DNA from: Bacteroidales bacterium
GTDB lineage: Bacteria; Bacteroidota; Bacteroidia; Bacteroidales; WCHB1-69
DNA length: 64,000 bases
Direction: 5' to 3'
Assembly (NCBI GenBank): GCA_045132235.1
Contig: JBGURX010000020.1
Span: 7,819-71,818, forward strand
Shown piece after piece: positions 17,249 to 26,967 of this stretch. The stretch's first letter is position 1. Every line of letters starts with the position of its first letter. The position numbers and the translations under genes are program-made. Under the pieces are notes generated by a model. The model saw only the letters and a program-made list of their open reading frames with translations, did not search any database and was not told the DNA's origin.

Positions 17249-20200
17249 CTATTCTTCGCGTCCGTGGCAGTTTTTGTATTTCTTGCCGCTGCCGCAGGGA
17301 CAGGGATCGTTTCTTCCCACTTTTTTCTCCACGCGGATGGGGGCGCTGCCTTTGCCACCTTGGGCCACCTGCCGTCCGCTGCCCACCTCGCTGCGACTGG
17401 TCTGCAACTTCTTGGCATCTGATTCGGGCAGTTTGGCCTCCTTGATCTGGGGCTGCTCCTGCTGGAATTCAGGCAGGGCGCCTCTCGTGAGGAAGGAAAC
17501 GATCTCGCGGTTGATGCGGCGGTTCAGGGTGTCGAATAGTCCAAACGACTCGAGTTTATAGATGAGGAGCGGATCCTTGTGCTCGTAGGAGGCATTCTGC
17601 ACCTCGGTCTTCAAATCGTCGAGGTCGCGGAGGTGTTCTTTCCATGCCTCATCAATGGCAGCGAGGGTGATGCTCTTTTCAATGGAGAGCTTGATGCCGT
17701 AGTTCTTGGTCTCATAGCAGTATTTCAGCGGGGCGACCACGTTCAGCATCTTGGTGCCGTCGGTGATGGGCAGGGCGATGTTGATGTAGCGGTGACCGTC
17801 GTTGAGGAAGACGCGTTCCACGATGGGGTATATTCTATCGCAAAGGCTTTCCATACGGCTGTTGTAGTTGTCGATGACCAGCTGACGCACCTCTTCTTTC
17901 ATTTTCTCAGGACGGCCTTCAAGGAAGTCATTGTCTGTTGCGTATGGTGATTCGCAGCCGCAGATGGTCAGCAGGTCTTCACAGAATCCTTCATAATCCT
18001 TGGCATCCCAGTTTTCGAAAACAATATCGTCGGCCACTTTGTTGAATATCTCGGCGAGGTCAATGGGAAGACGGTCGCCGAAGAGGGCGTTGCGACGTTT
18101 CTTGTAAATACTGTCGCGCTGTGAGTTCATCACGTCATCGTATTCAAGCAAGCGCTTACGGATGCCGAAGTTGTTCTCCTCCACCTTCTTCTGTGCGCGC
18201 TCGATGGACTTGGAAATCATGCCGTGCTGGATGACTTCGCCGTCCTGCAGTCCGAGGCGGTCCATAACGCTGGCGATACGCTCGGAGCCGAAGAGACGCA
18301 TGAGGTTGTCTTCGAGAGAGACGTAGAACTGGGAGCTACCCTCGTCGCCCTGACGGCCCGCACGGCCTCGCAGCTGGCGGTCCACACGGCGGGAGTCGTG
18401 CCGCTCGGTGCCGATGATGGCGAGACCGCCCATCTCCTTCACACCGGGTCCCAGCTTGATATCGGTACCACGACCGGCCATGTTGGTGGAGATGGTGACC
18501 GTGCCCGGCTGTCCAGCTTCGGCCACGATGTCAGCCTCCTTTTGGTGCAACTTGGCATTCAACACATTGTGCTCGATATGCCTCATCTTCAAAATCTTGG
18601 AAAGAAGCTCTGAGTCTTCCACCGAAGTGGTACCCACAAGCACGGGACGACCCTGTTCGTGCAGTGCGATAATCTCCTTGACCACTGCATCGTACTTCTC
18701 GCGTTTGGTTTTATACACCTTGTCGTCGTAGTCGATACGGGCGATGGGTTTGTTGGTGGGGATGACCACCACTTCGAGTTTGTAGATGTTCCAGAACTCG
18801 CCGGCTTCGGTCTCGGCGGTACCGGTCATACCGGCCAGCTTCTTGTACATACGGAAGTAGTTCTGGAGTGTGATGGTGGCGTAGGTCTGGGTGGCTGCCT
18901 CCACCTTCACATTCTCCTTGGCTTCAATAGCCTGATGCATGCCGTCGGAGTAGCGGCGGCCTTCCATGATACGGCCTGTCTGCTCATCCACAATTTTCAC
19001 CTTGTTGTCCATGATGACGTACTCCACATCCTTTTCGAACATGGTGTAGGCTTTGAGCAGCTGCTGTACGGTATGGGCACGCTCGGAGGCGATGGAGAAG
19101 TTGCGCAGGATTTCGCTCTTCTTGGCGGCTTTCTCCTTCGGCTCAAGGTTTTCAGCATCCAGCTGGGCGAGCTCGGTACCAATTTCGGGGAGCACGAACA
19201 ACTTGGCCTCCTCTGCATTCTTGGAAACAGCCTCGATACCTTTCTCCATGATGGTCACACTGTTGAGTTTTTCTTCAATGACAAAGTGAAGACCATATTT
19301 ACCGAAGGCAATTTCCTTCAGCATATCAAGCTGGGTATTGGAAGACGGTGCAGTGGCGCTGCTGAGGGCTTTGAGCATCTCGGCCAATTCTTTCTTGCGG
19401 TCGAGGTGCTGGCAGGAGGAGTGTTCGGCAGTAAGAGTAGCCGTCATCATGTCGCGGTAGTCGATGAAATTGTCAGCGTTTTCCTTGCCCAGAATACGGT
19501 CGAGGATGGCGAGGTTGCCATAGAGGCACGCGATGTTGGCGAGCGACTTGGCAAATTTGCCGGAGTCTTCCATGTCAACGGTCTGTGAGAGCTGTTTTTT
19601 GGCGTCGGCCAACAGATGCTCGCAGTTCTTGCGGGTGTCGGAAGCCTCTTTTCTAAGTTCTTCCACTACCGTTTTCTGTGCAGCTTCATCGAGGGCGTTG
19701 TACTGGTTAAGTGCGTAGTTGAAATCATCGAACTTCTTATTGCTCTTGTGGATTTTCTCGTTGATGTCGTCGTCGAGCTGGGTCAAGTCGTTGTCGATGA
19801 TGAACATGTTGCGGTTCTGTTCCGCCATGTAGAAGCCTTCAGTGCGCTGGAGAATGTTCTTGATGTTGGGTTCGCTGAGGAATTTGATGAGAGCTTTGTT
19901 TTTGGGAAGACCTCGCTGGCAGCGCAGCAGTTGCTGGGCACCGAACTCCTCGGGTTTGATGTTGGGATTTTCGGTGACGAGGCGTTTAGCTACAGGCAGA
20001 ATCTCCTGAATAAGAGTCTTTTGTGCGTTATAAAGTTTCTCTACAATGGGTTTGTAGCGGTCGAACTCCTGCTGGTCGCCGCGCGGGGTGGGGCCGGAGA
20101 TGATGAGCGGGGTACGGGCATCGTCGATGAGCACGGAGTCCACCTCATCCACGATGGCGAAGTTGTGCGGACGCTGCACCAGCTCGGTGAGGTTGCGGGC

Positions 20201-21043
20201 CATGTTGTCGCGGAGGTAGTCGAAACCGAACTCGTTGTTGGTACCGTAGGTGATGTCGGCGTCATAGGCTTTTTTACGTTCCGGAGTGTTAGGCTGGTGC
20301 TTGTCGATGCAGTCCACGGTAAGGCCGAGAAATTCGTAAAGGAGGCCCATCCACTCGCTGTCGCGCTTGGCGAGGTAGTCGTTGACGGTGACCACGTGGA
20401 CGCCTTTTCCCGGGAGAGCGTTGAGATAGACGGGAAGGGTGGCCACGAGAGTCTTACCTTCACCGGTAGCCATCTCGGCGATCTTGCCTTGGTGCAGCAC
20501 GGCGCCACCCATAAGCTGTACGTCGAAGTGACACATGTCCCAGCGGATCATGTTGCCGCCGGCCTTCCAGCTGGTCTGGTAGATGGCCTTGTCGCCTTCG
20601 ATGGTGACGCATTCGCGGTAGGCGGCGATCTCGCGATCGAGGTCGGTGGCGGTCACCTCGATGGTTTCGTTCTCCTTGAAGCGGCGGGCGGTCTCCTTCA
20701 TCACAGCGAAGGCCTCGGGCAGCAGGTCGTCGAGCACCTTCTGGGTGGTGTCGTAGCTCTTCTTCTCAAGATTTTCCATCTCCTTATAAAGAGACTCCTT
20801 CTCTGCTACAGGCATCTCATAGTGTTCCTCAAGACTCTTCTTGATTTCGGCGATGCGGTCTTCGTCTTCCTTGATGGCTTGGTGAATGATATCCTTGAAC
20901 TGTACCGTCTTGCCACGAAGTTCGTCGTTGGACAGTTTTTGCACATCGGCGAAAGCCTCTGCCACGTATGCTGCGATGGGTTTCAAAGCCTTTAAATCCC
21001 TATCGTATTTAGTTCCAAATAGTTTTGCTAAGAAATTTGCCAT
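17249..21043 (-). CDS. secA: Preprotein translocase ATPase SecA (unusually long, 1264 aa)
   Basis: Walker [15 protein letters not shown]-like [21 protein letters not shown], motif [13 protein letters not shown], and a C-terminal zinc finger [14 protein letters not shown]. Confidence 0.95.
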   Translation of the reverse strand: MANFLAKLFGTKYDRDLKALKPIAAYVAEAFADVQKLSNDELRGKTVQFKDIIHQAIKEDEDRIAEIKKSLEEHYEMPVAEKESLYKEMENLEKKSYDTTQKVLDDLLPEAFAVMKETARRFKENETIEVTATDLDREIAAYRECVTIEGDKAIYQTSWKAGGNMIRWDMCHFDVQLMGGAVLHQGKIAEMATGEGKTLVATLPVYLNALPGKGVHVVTVNDYLAKRDSEWMGLLYEFLGLTVDCIDKHQPNTPERKKAYDADITYGTNNEFGFDYLRDNMARNLTELVQRPHNFAIVDEVDSVLIDDARTPLIISGPTPRGDQQEFDRYKPIVEKLYNAQKTLIQEILPVAKRLVTENPNIKPEEFGAQQLLRCQRGLPKNKALIKFLSEPNIKNILQRTEGFYMAEQNRNMFIIDNDLTQLDDDINEKIHKSNKKFDDFNYALNQYNALDEAAQKTVVEELRKEASDTRKNCEHLLADAKKQLSQTVDMEDSGKFAKSLANIACLYGNLAILDRILGKENADNFIDYRDMMTATLTAEHSSCQHLDRKKELAEMLKALSSATAPSSNTQLDMLKEIAFGKYGLHFVIEEKLNSVTIMEKGIEAVSKNAEEAKLFVLPEIGTELAQLDAENLEPKEKAAKKSEILRNFSIASERAHTVQQLLKAYTMFEKDVEYVIMDNKVKIVDEQTGRIMEGRRYSDGMHQAIEAKENVKVEAATQTYATITLQNYFRMYKKLAGMTGTAETEAGEFWNIYKLEVVVIPTNKPIARIDYDDKVYKTKREKYDAVVKEIIALHEQGRPVLVGTTSVEDSELLSKILKMRHIEHNVLNAKLHQKEADIVAEAGQPGTVTISTNMAGRGTDIKLGPGVKEMGGLAIIGTERHDSRRVDRQLRGRAGRQGDEGSSQFYVSLEDNLMRLFGSERIASVMDRLGLQDGEVIQHGMISKSIERAQKKVEENNFGIRKRLLEYDDVMNSQRDSIYKKRRNALFGDRLPIDLAEIFNKVADDIVFENWDAKDYEGFCEDLLTICGCESPYATDNDFLEGRPEKMKEEVRQLVIDNYNSRMESLCDRIYPIVERVFLNDGHRYINIALPITDGTKMLNVVAPLKYCYETKNYGIKLSIEKSITLAAIDEAWKEHLRDLDDLKTEVQNASYEHKDPLLIYKLESFGLFDTLNRRINREIVSFLTRGALPEFQQEQPQIKEAKLPESDAKKLQTSRSEVGSGRQVAQGGKGSAPIRVEKKVGRNDPCPCGSGKKYKNCHGREE

Positions 21044-21168
21044 AATTTAATAATTATCCATTTTATAAAAAACGCGGCAAAGATACAAAAAAAGTGGGTA
21101 TGCTGGAGGGCGCATTGGCAGTTGGTGAAAAAAATGTAATTTTGCCCCGCAATTCAAATGGAGCGTAT

Positions 21169-21813
21169 ATGGGAAGTAAAATTAATCCTGAATTGGAGGC
21201 ATACGTGGAGCGTGAAATCATTCCGCGGTACGACCATTTCGACCCTGCACACCAGCGCGACCATGTACGGATGGTCATCCAGCAGGGCTTGCAGCTGGCC
21301 GACCAGCTGGATGTTGACCGCAACATGGTGTATGCCATTGCCGCTTACCACGACACTGGGCTGTGTGCGGGGCGGGAGCGGCATCATATTGTGTCGGCGG
21401 AAATCATCCGCGCCGACCAGAAGCTGCGGCAGTGGTTTACGGAGGAGCAGATTGCCGTGATGGCGGATGCTGCCGAGGATCATCGTGCCTCCGCAGACCA
21501 TGAGCCACGTACATTGTATGGCCGCATCGTGGCCGAAGCCGACCGTTTCATTGAGCCGAACACCATTATCCGGCGGACGGTGCAGTACGGGCTGGAACAC
21601 TATCCCGAGCTGGACCGCGAGCAGCATTTCCAACGCACGCTGACGCATTTGCACGAAAAATACGGCCGTAATGGTTATCTGAAACTCTGGTTCCCCGACT
21701 CACCGAATGCGCAACGATTAGCGCAGCTGTGGCAGCTGATGGAGGATGAAGCTGCGTTGAGGCGGATTTTCGAAAAATATTTCTATCCGCAAAAATGCAG
21801 CATGCTATATTAA
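21169..21813 (+). CDS. HD domain-containing phosphohydrolase
   Basis: Track ORF 21094..21813; the ATG at 21169 is preferred (start uncertain). H...HD pattern (AAYHDTGL, EDHRAS). Confidence 0.65.
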   Translation: MGSKINPELEAYVEREIIPRYDHFDPAHQRDHVRMVIQQGLQLADQLDVDRNMVYAIAAYHDTGLCAGRERHHIVSAEIIRADQKLRQWFTEEQIAVMADAAEDHRASADHEPRTLYGRIVAEADRFIEPNTIIRRTVQYGLEHYPELDREQHFQRTLTHLHEKYGRNGYLKLWFPDSPNAQRLAQLWQLMEDEAALRRIFEKYFYPQKCSMLY

Positions 21814-22806
21814 ACTTTGTAATTTTCGTGCATTTTCAATACGCTGACTAATGTTTTTTTTAAGCGATTCGGGAGAAAGCACTTTGATTTTGTCGGAGTG
21901 GCCGAATAGATAAGTCTCTAATTCATAATTAGGTATAACCTTCAGGGTAAAAATGTTATCAGGACGCTTCTTCATTGAACCGTGAATGGGCTTAGTCAGA
22001 AAATAGCCTAAATAATCTTCTTCAACCTTTAGTATTACAGTTTCTTCCTTGGCATTTTCGGGGTGTGTTACGCCGACGATATCATCAAAATACTCTGTGA
22101 AATCAATGTCGGTGTTTTCTCGGAAGCTACCCTTGGTCTCTTTGACAGAGTTCATCCTGTCAAGGGCAGGATTGATGACCTTGTTAAAGCCATCATGCCA
22201 GCAGAAAAGAAACCACCTATTGTTGTATTGCTTGAGATAGTAGGGTGATACCACCATTTCCTGTTCCTCTTTGCCAAAAGGTGTGTATCTGATCTTCACC
22301 TTTTTTTTCGCCACAATAGCGTCAAATAAAGGCGAAAAGAATCTCAGTCCCTTGAGGTCGATGTTTTGGTCGAAACCCACGGCACCGACAGAATTACTGT
22401 TGATTTCAAAAGTGCTTTCGAGCTTGCCAATAACCTCTTCCATCCATTCGAAGTTCGGGAGCCCTTTGAATCGCCCAAGCATAGCGATGGCATCAGCCAG
22501 CTGCTGGGTTTCCGTAGCGTTAATTGGTTGTTTGCGGATAGAGAAATCCGGATCGGCGTAGCGGTAATAGATTTGCCGTCCATCACGGATTCGCTCAATG
22601 GGTGCATCATAACCATCGGGACTTTCCATAAACTGAATGTCGTAAAAAATCTGCCGCCGTTGCACACCGGAGGTTCCGGGGTCATTTTCTTCCAGCGCTT
22701 CGTTGCAGGCATCAATCAAGTTTTCAATGGTGTAAGCCTTATGCACGTTGCTCAGGCATCGGTCAATGGTCATGTAACGGATTACAGCATTTTTATTGGT
22801 TGGCAT
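21805..22806 (-). CDS. WYL domain transcriptional regulator (BrxR/CapW-like architecture)
   Basis: 333 aa. N-terminal wHTH-like region (NKNAVIRYMTIDRCL...), central WYL-type segment (VVSPYYLKQYNNRWFLFCWHDG) and a C-terminal extension. It sits 32 nt downstream of the McrC-like gene. Confidence 0.65.
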   Translation of the reverse strand: MPTNKNAVIRYMTIDRCLSNVHKAYTIENLIDACNEALEENDPGTSGVQRRQIFYDIQFMESPDGYDAPIERIRDGRQIYYRYADPDFSIRKQPINATETQQLADAIAMLGRFKGLPNFEWMEEVIGKLESTFEINSNSVGAVGFDQNIDLKGLRFFSPLFDAIVAKKKVKIRYTPFGKEEQEMVVSPYYLKQYNNRWFLFCWHDGFNKVINPALDRMNSVKETKGSFRENTDIDFTEYFDDIVGVTHPENAKEETVILKVEEDYLGYFLTKPIHGSMKKRPDNIFTLKVIPNYELETYLFGHSDKIKVLSPESLKKNISQRIENARKLQSLI

Positions 22807-22838
22807 GTGACAGTTTTTTTTTATCAGTTTACATCAGA

Positions 22839-24647
22839 TTATACATCATCCAGGGCAAAGTCCAAAAAATCCATGCCCCATTCGTTTTCGCTTATGTCTT
22901 GGTATTTTTCATTTTTATTTCGGAATGCAATTCTCCTGCTTTCCTCCCGATAATCAAATACAAAATGACAAGAGCTACACAGAAGATAATTCAGATTTTT
23001 TACTCCTCTCCCGAGACTGCCTTCACAATTTATGCATAACATACTCTTTTTCAGTCTCTCCCCATTTTCACCAAGTTCTTTTCTTAGTTTTTCTACTTCA
23101 TTTTTGATGGCCTCCCTATCCAATCGGCCACGTTTTTTGAAATGTTCATCGGCTTGCAGCTTGTCGAAGTCAAATCCAATGTTCGAATCTGGGTAGCGGA
23201 GAAAACGATAATGGTATTTTTCGTCAAATGAAAGGGTGGACGATTGAAAGTACTGGACATACTCCTTCAGTTTTTGCGGGTAAGTGTAGGTATAGTGTGT
23301 CTGATAGAAATACTGCACCAGCAGCAGTTTCCGAAGGAAACCACCCACGCGTTCCGCACTGTCCGCATCCAGAGGATTGATATCGACAATTCTACCGGAG
23401 CGTTTGCCTTGCTCGGAATACGAGAAAACATACAAATCCTCTTTCTTTAATTCAGACTCTGCCGTTTGTGTCTCATTGCCCACCACCACAATGCGTTTTT
23501 TCAGGCTTTCGCCCACTTTGAGTTCGAATATCCCATGCTCCGTTATGTTTAATTCCATCGAAGTCCAGTGCGGGTGTGTCGCCTTCCAGCCAGAATAAGT
23601 GCCTTCTATCGTATATTTCCAATATTCCTTCAAGACATACACAATCAATGCTTCTGCATAGCCTCGGATTCCGATCATCACGAGCTGTTCTGTCCGAAGC
23701 TTTTCCTCTTCGGCAGCTGTCGGATTCACATTGCACAGCTTGTCCCATAATGCGCTCAAATACCGGTAATGCTTGTGATTGACCATGACATTGGTGTCCC
23801 TGTATTCAATGCTTTGCACCGTATATTGGTTCACAAGCCCGAACAATTCATTCTTTTGCAGCTGTGACAACTGCTTGTATAGTTGGACCAGCACTTCTTC
23901 CGTCTCATTCAGTGTTTTGGAATACTTGCTGTCAGCAGAATAATATTCATCAGAATAGGTGCTCCCTATAAGTTTCAGATTCCTATCAATCTTTTCATGC
24001 CATCCCTTTTCATACTCCTTGTCCTGCAGCAGTTGTCTATATTGTTTCAAAAACTCCTTGATATCCTGTACCTCCTTGACTCTGCCCGACAAATAGACCA
24101 GCGTCCGTTTCACGAACGCAACCGCAATCTGGTTTTCATACACATTATAATTGAGCTCCAACTCCTCATTCAGGATTTTACGGGGCTTGAAATCGACAAT
24201 GCTCTTCGAAATCCAATCCTCCGTGTGCGAGGCAAGATGCTGATAGCTCCTGTTCGGCAGTCTTTTGGCTCTAACGACATTCACTTTTTCAATGGTTCTC
24301 TCCAAAAGATAATGCGGATTTCTGAAAATTTCTTTAATATGGGAAACATTTTCGTTCAATTCTTTCTCAAAATCGTTGAGGAACAGCTTTCTTTTAATCC
24401 GCTGGATAATCGGGTTAACGGCAAATTCATTGGAAGGAGATTTTTCAATAGAGGCATACAACTCAAGAAAAAGTTCCTGCACACTCTTGTTTTCCTCCAA
24501 AAGGATTTCCTGACGGATAACCTTTTTTGTGGGAAAAGTGGCGTAGGTCAAATCGCGTCCCTCGCAGGTGAATCTTCCGAAATCCATCACTTCCGGAAGA
24601 TCCTTTTCCTCAAGAAATTGCCCCTTGTACCGGTCAAATACTTTCAT
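22839..24647 (-). CDS. McrC/DUF2357-like protein with C-terminal zinc ribbon (CnuC-like candidate)
   Basis: 602 aa. Its ATG overlaps the stop of the upstream AAA+ gene (TAATG). The segment RNPHYLLERTIEKV...LNYNVYENQIAVAFVKRTL resembles the DUF2357/McrC N-region. There is a possible degenerate PD-(D/E)xK core (E365...E375-L-K377) and a CxxC-15-CxxC (C538/C541/C557/C560). The assignment rests largely on synteny with the McrB-like ATPase. Confidence 0.5.
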   Translation of the reverse strand: MKVFDRYKGQFLEEKDLPEVMDFGRFTCEGRDLTYATFPTKKVIRQEILLEENKSVQELFLELYASIEKSPSNEFAVNPIIQRIKRKLFLNDFEKELNENVSHIKEIFRNPHYLLERTIEKVNVVRAKRLPNRSYQHLASHTEDWISKSIVDFKPRKILNEELELNYNVYENQIAVAFVKRTLVYLSGRVKEVQDIKEFLKQYRQLLQDKEYEKGWHEKIDRNLKLIGSTYSDEYYSADSKYSKTLNETEEVLVQLYKQLSQLQKNELFGLVNQYTVQSIEYRDTNVMVNHKHYRYLSALWDKLCNVNPTAAEEEKLRTEQLVMIGIRGYAEALIVYVLKEYWKYTIEGTYSGWKATHPHWTSMELNITEHGIFELKVGESLKKRIVVVGNETQTAESELKKEDLYVFSYSEQGKRSGRIVDINPLDADSAERVGGFLRKLLLVQYFYQTHYTYTYPQKLKEYVQYFQSSTLSFDEKYHYRFLRYPDSNIGFDFDKLQADEHFKKRGRLDREAIKNEVEKLRKELGENGERLKKSMLCINCEGSLGRGVKNLNYLLCSSCHFVFDYREESRRIAFRNKNEKYQDISENEWGMDFLDFALDDV

Positions 24648-26962
24648 TACTTTTCTTTTTTCTGGATTTCCTCATCAAGAAAACCAAGAGCTATTTGGGG
24701 CTCTTCTTTATTAAATCCATTCTTAAACAACTCTTTATACTTCTCCTTGAAAGCTGTCAGGCTGCCTTTATCCAAATCATACCTGTTTTTCAAGGTTCTG
24801 AAAAGGCGGCTGGTAACCAAATGGTCAGCTGCTTCGGCAAGTTTCCCGCCACAAGCACGATAGGCGCAAATAAACCGTTCCGCCTGGTTCTCAAAACGAT
24901 TACCTATGCCGATACCCTTGGCTGCCAACATATCCTTCAATTCAGCATTGTCAATAAAATTCTTAAATGTTGTGAATTCCCCTTTATGAGCATTAGAGGA
25001 GTCCTTGAATTTTTCTTCCAACCAAGAATAGGTGACTACATAGTCATTAATTTTACCATTTCCCACCTTGGCATAATTCTTGGGCATCTCCATCAAGTTG
25101 GAGCGATCGTAGGTCTTCGGAGCGAACTCAAGCGTGGTTTCATCGTGATTTGCCGTGCCGATGAACCGCACATTTTTGGGGACGCGCAATTTTCCTGTCC
25201 CATCATCTTTATTAACTAACCTTGGAAGAGTATCAAGGGGGGCATTTATCCTGATATACCGTTCTTGCTCCGACTGCTCCAGAAGGGAGAGGAAATCGGC
25301 GAAGTAGTGCTCCGGACGGGAAAGGTTCATCTCATCAAGGATAATCAAGAAGAGGGTATCCTTGTATTTGGGCTGATTGGCCGCATACAGCGCCTGGAAG
25401 AAATCTGTCTCATTGTACTTGTGGTCAAACGAATTGTAGTAGCCCATAAGGTCCATGTTGTCGCGCCAACCGGATTGTACCGCACAAATCCGGTAGGGCT
25501 CCCCGTTTTTCCCTTGAAATTCCGATATGTCTGTCAGTGCTTTGGCAAATTCACGCGGCAGACTGGTTTTTCCGGTACCGCTGATGCCCTGCAGGATCGT
25601 GATGGGTGACATATACAGTCCGGCAATGAAGGTCCGGATGGTTCTTTCATCATAGTAGAAATTTTTGCCTGCCATCTTTATTTGGACGAATTGCACCAAC
25701 TTCTCAAGGTCATCCGGGGCGTTCCCTTCTATCATTGTGTTCTGCATTGCAGCATCATTGTCCATTTTGTTGGCGGTTTCAAACGCTTCACCCGTCTTGT
25801 CCCGTTCCCCCTTCAGTTGGTCAATGGTGACATGCAGATCGTCAATTGTTCTGCGCAATGATGCCTCACGAGCTTCCGCCGATTCGATTTTGTTTTTATA
25901 GGATTCCAATTCGATAATATACGAATCATTATTGTGAAGCAATGCCTTAAGTTGCATGATTTCTTTCTCGTCAACTTGATTTTTAAGTTCTTGCACCTTT
26001 TGCTGAAGTATTTGCTTTTCCTTCTGCAATTGATCCACTTCCCGTTGTTCGGGTCGTTCGTTCAACTCATTTTCAAGTTTTTCCAAACGATCTTTCATCG
26101 CCTGGTATTCAGGGAGCATTTGATCAAGTTCAACATCCATAAATGCCGCTTGGATAGCTTCGATTTTTCCTTGAAGATTGTCATTTGTTTGAACAAGTCG
26201 CTTATTCTTTGACTGCTCCATTTCAAGCGACCTTCTTGTCTGTTCCAACACTCCTTCATACTTTTCCTCATACTTTTCCCTAAGATCCTCTTCGAATAAT
26301 TCCTTACCTGCCTCAAACTTTTTCTGTTCCCTTTCCAGTTCCATCTGCTGTTTTTTCAGCTCGGACGCTTCATCCACCTTACTGAAAATATCCTCCAAGT
26401 TTTTTTGGTGCAATTCATTCAACTTTGTCAAATACGCTTCTGTGTCGGTGAACACCTTTTCGCCAGACTCCCGCAGAGTGCCTATAAGATGGTTTATTAC
26501 CTCGGTGTATTCTCCGTTGTCGAGGGCTAATTCCCGCTCGAGGACATTTTTTTCCCTTTTGTTAAGTACATACAGTTTGTCCTTCATCTTATTTTTTGCT
26601 TCATCCACACTTTCCCGGTCAGATTGAAGTGCAGTTTCCTCTGTCTGCTTCTTTTCATTCCATTTTGATTGCTCATCCTCAATTTTCTTCTGCAGGCTTT
26701 GCAGCTGACTGCGTATTCCCAGCAACTTTCTCCAGTAGTCATCAACAGCATTTTTTTCTTTCGCTCTATCGAACTCCTCCTGATCTTTTTGTGGCAGCGA
26801 TTCAACCACATCGACCTTATTCTCCTCACACTCTTGTTGCAATTCGCGCTGCAATTCATCAGCATTCTGAATCTGCTCTTCATTCGGTGCAGCAACCTTT
26901 GCCATATTTTGCGTTTTTTGCGAGGCACTCTGTTTCTTGTTGTGATTGTTTTTTTTACCCAT
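24647..26962 (-). CDS. Coiled-coil N-terminal domain fused to McrB-type AAA+ NTPase (CnuB-like candidate)
   Basis: 771 aa. Residues ~25-395 are E/K/Q/L-rich heptad-like sequence. Walker A GISGTGKTS (459-467; nt 25562-25588), Walker B LFLIILDEMNL (nt ~25322-25356), and a McrB-like FIGTANHDETT segment (compare the MNxxD motif of McrB). Confidence 0.75.
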   Translation of the reverse strand: MGKKNNHNKKQSASQKTQNMAKVAAPNEEQIQNADELQRELQQECEENKVDVVESLPQKDQEEFDRAKEKNAVDDYWRKLLGIRSQLQSLQKKIEDEQSKWNEKKQTEETALQSDRESVDEAKNKMKDKLYVLNKREKNVLERELALDNGEYTEVINHLIGTLRESGEKVFTDTEAYLTKLNELHQKNLEDIFSKVDEASELKKQQMELEREQKKFEAGKELFEEDLREKYEEKYEGVLEQTRRSLEMEQSKNKRLVQTNDNLQGKIEAIQAAFMDVELDQMLPEYQAMKDRLEKLENELNERPEQREVDQLQKEKQILQQKVQELKNQVDEKEIMQLKALLHNNDSYIIELESYKNKIESAEAREASLRRTIDDLHVTIDQLKGERDKTGEAFETANKMDNDAAMQNTMIEGNAPDDLEKLVQFVQIKMAGKNFYYDERTIRTFIAGLYMSPITILQGISGTGKTSLPREFAKALTDISEFQGKNGEPYRICAVQSGWRDNMDLMGYYNSFDHKYNETDFFQALYAANQPKYKDTLFLIILDEMNLSRPEHYFADFLSLLEQSEQERYIRINAPLDTLPRLVNKDDGTGKLRVPKNVRFIGTANHDETTLEFAPKTYDRSNLMEMPKNYAKVGNGKINDYVVTYSWLEEKFKDSSNAHKGEFTTFKNFIDNAELKDMLAAKGIGIGNRFENQAERFICAYRACGGKLAEAADHLVTSRLFRTLKNRYDLDKGSLTAFKEKYKELFKNGFNKEEPQIALGFLDEEIQKKEK

Positions 26963-26967
26963 GGTGA

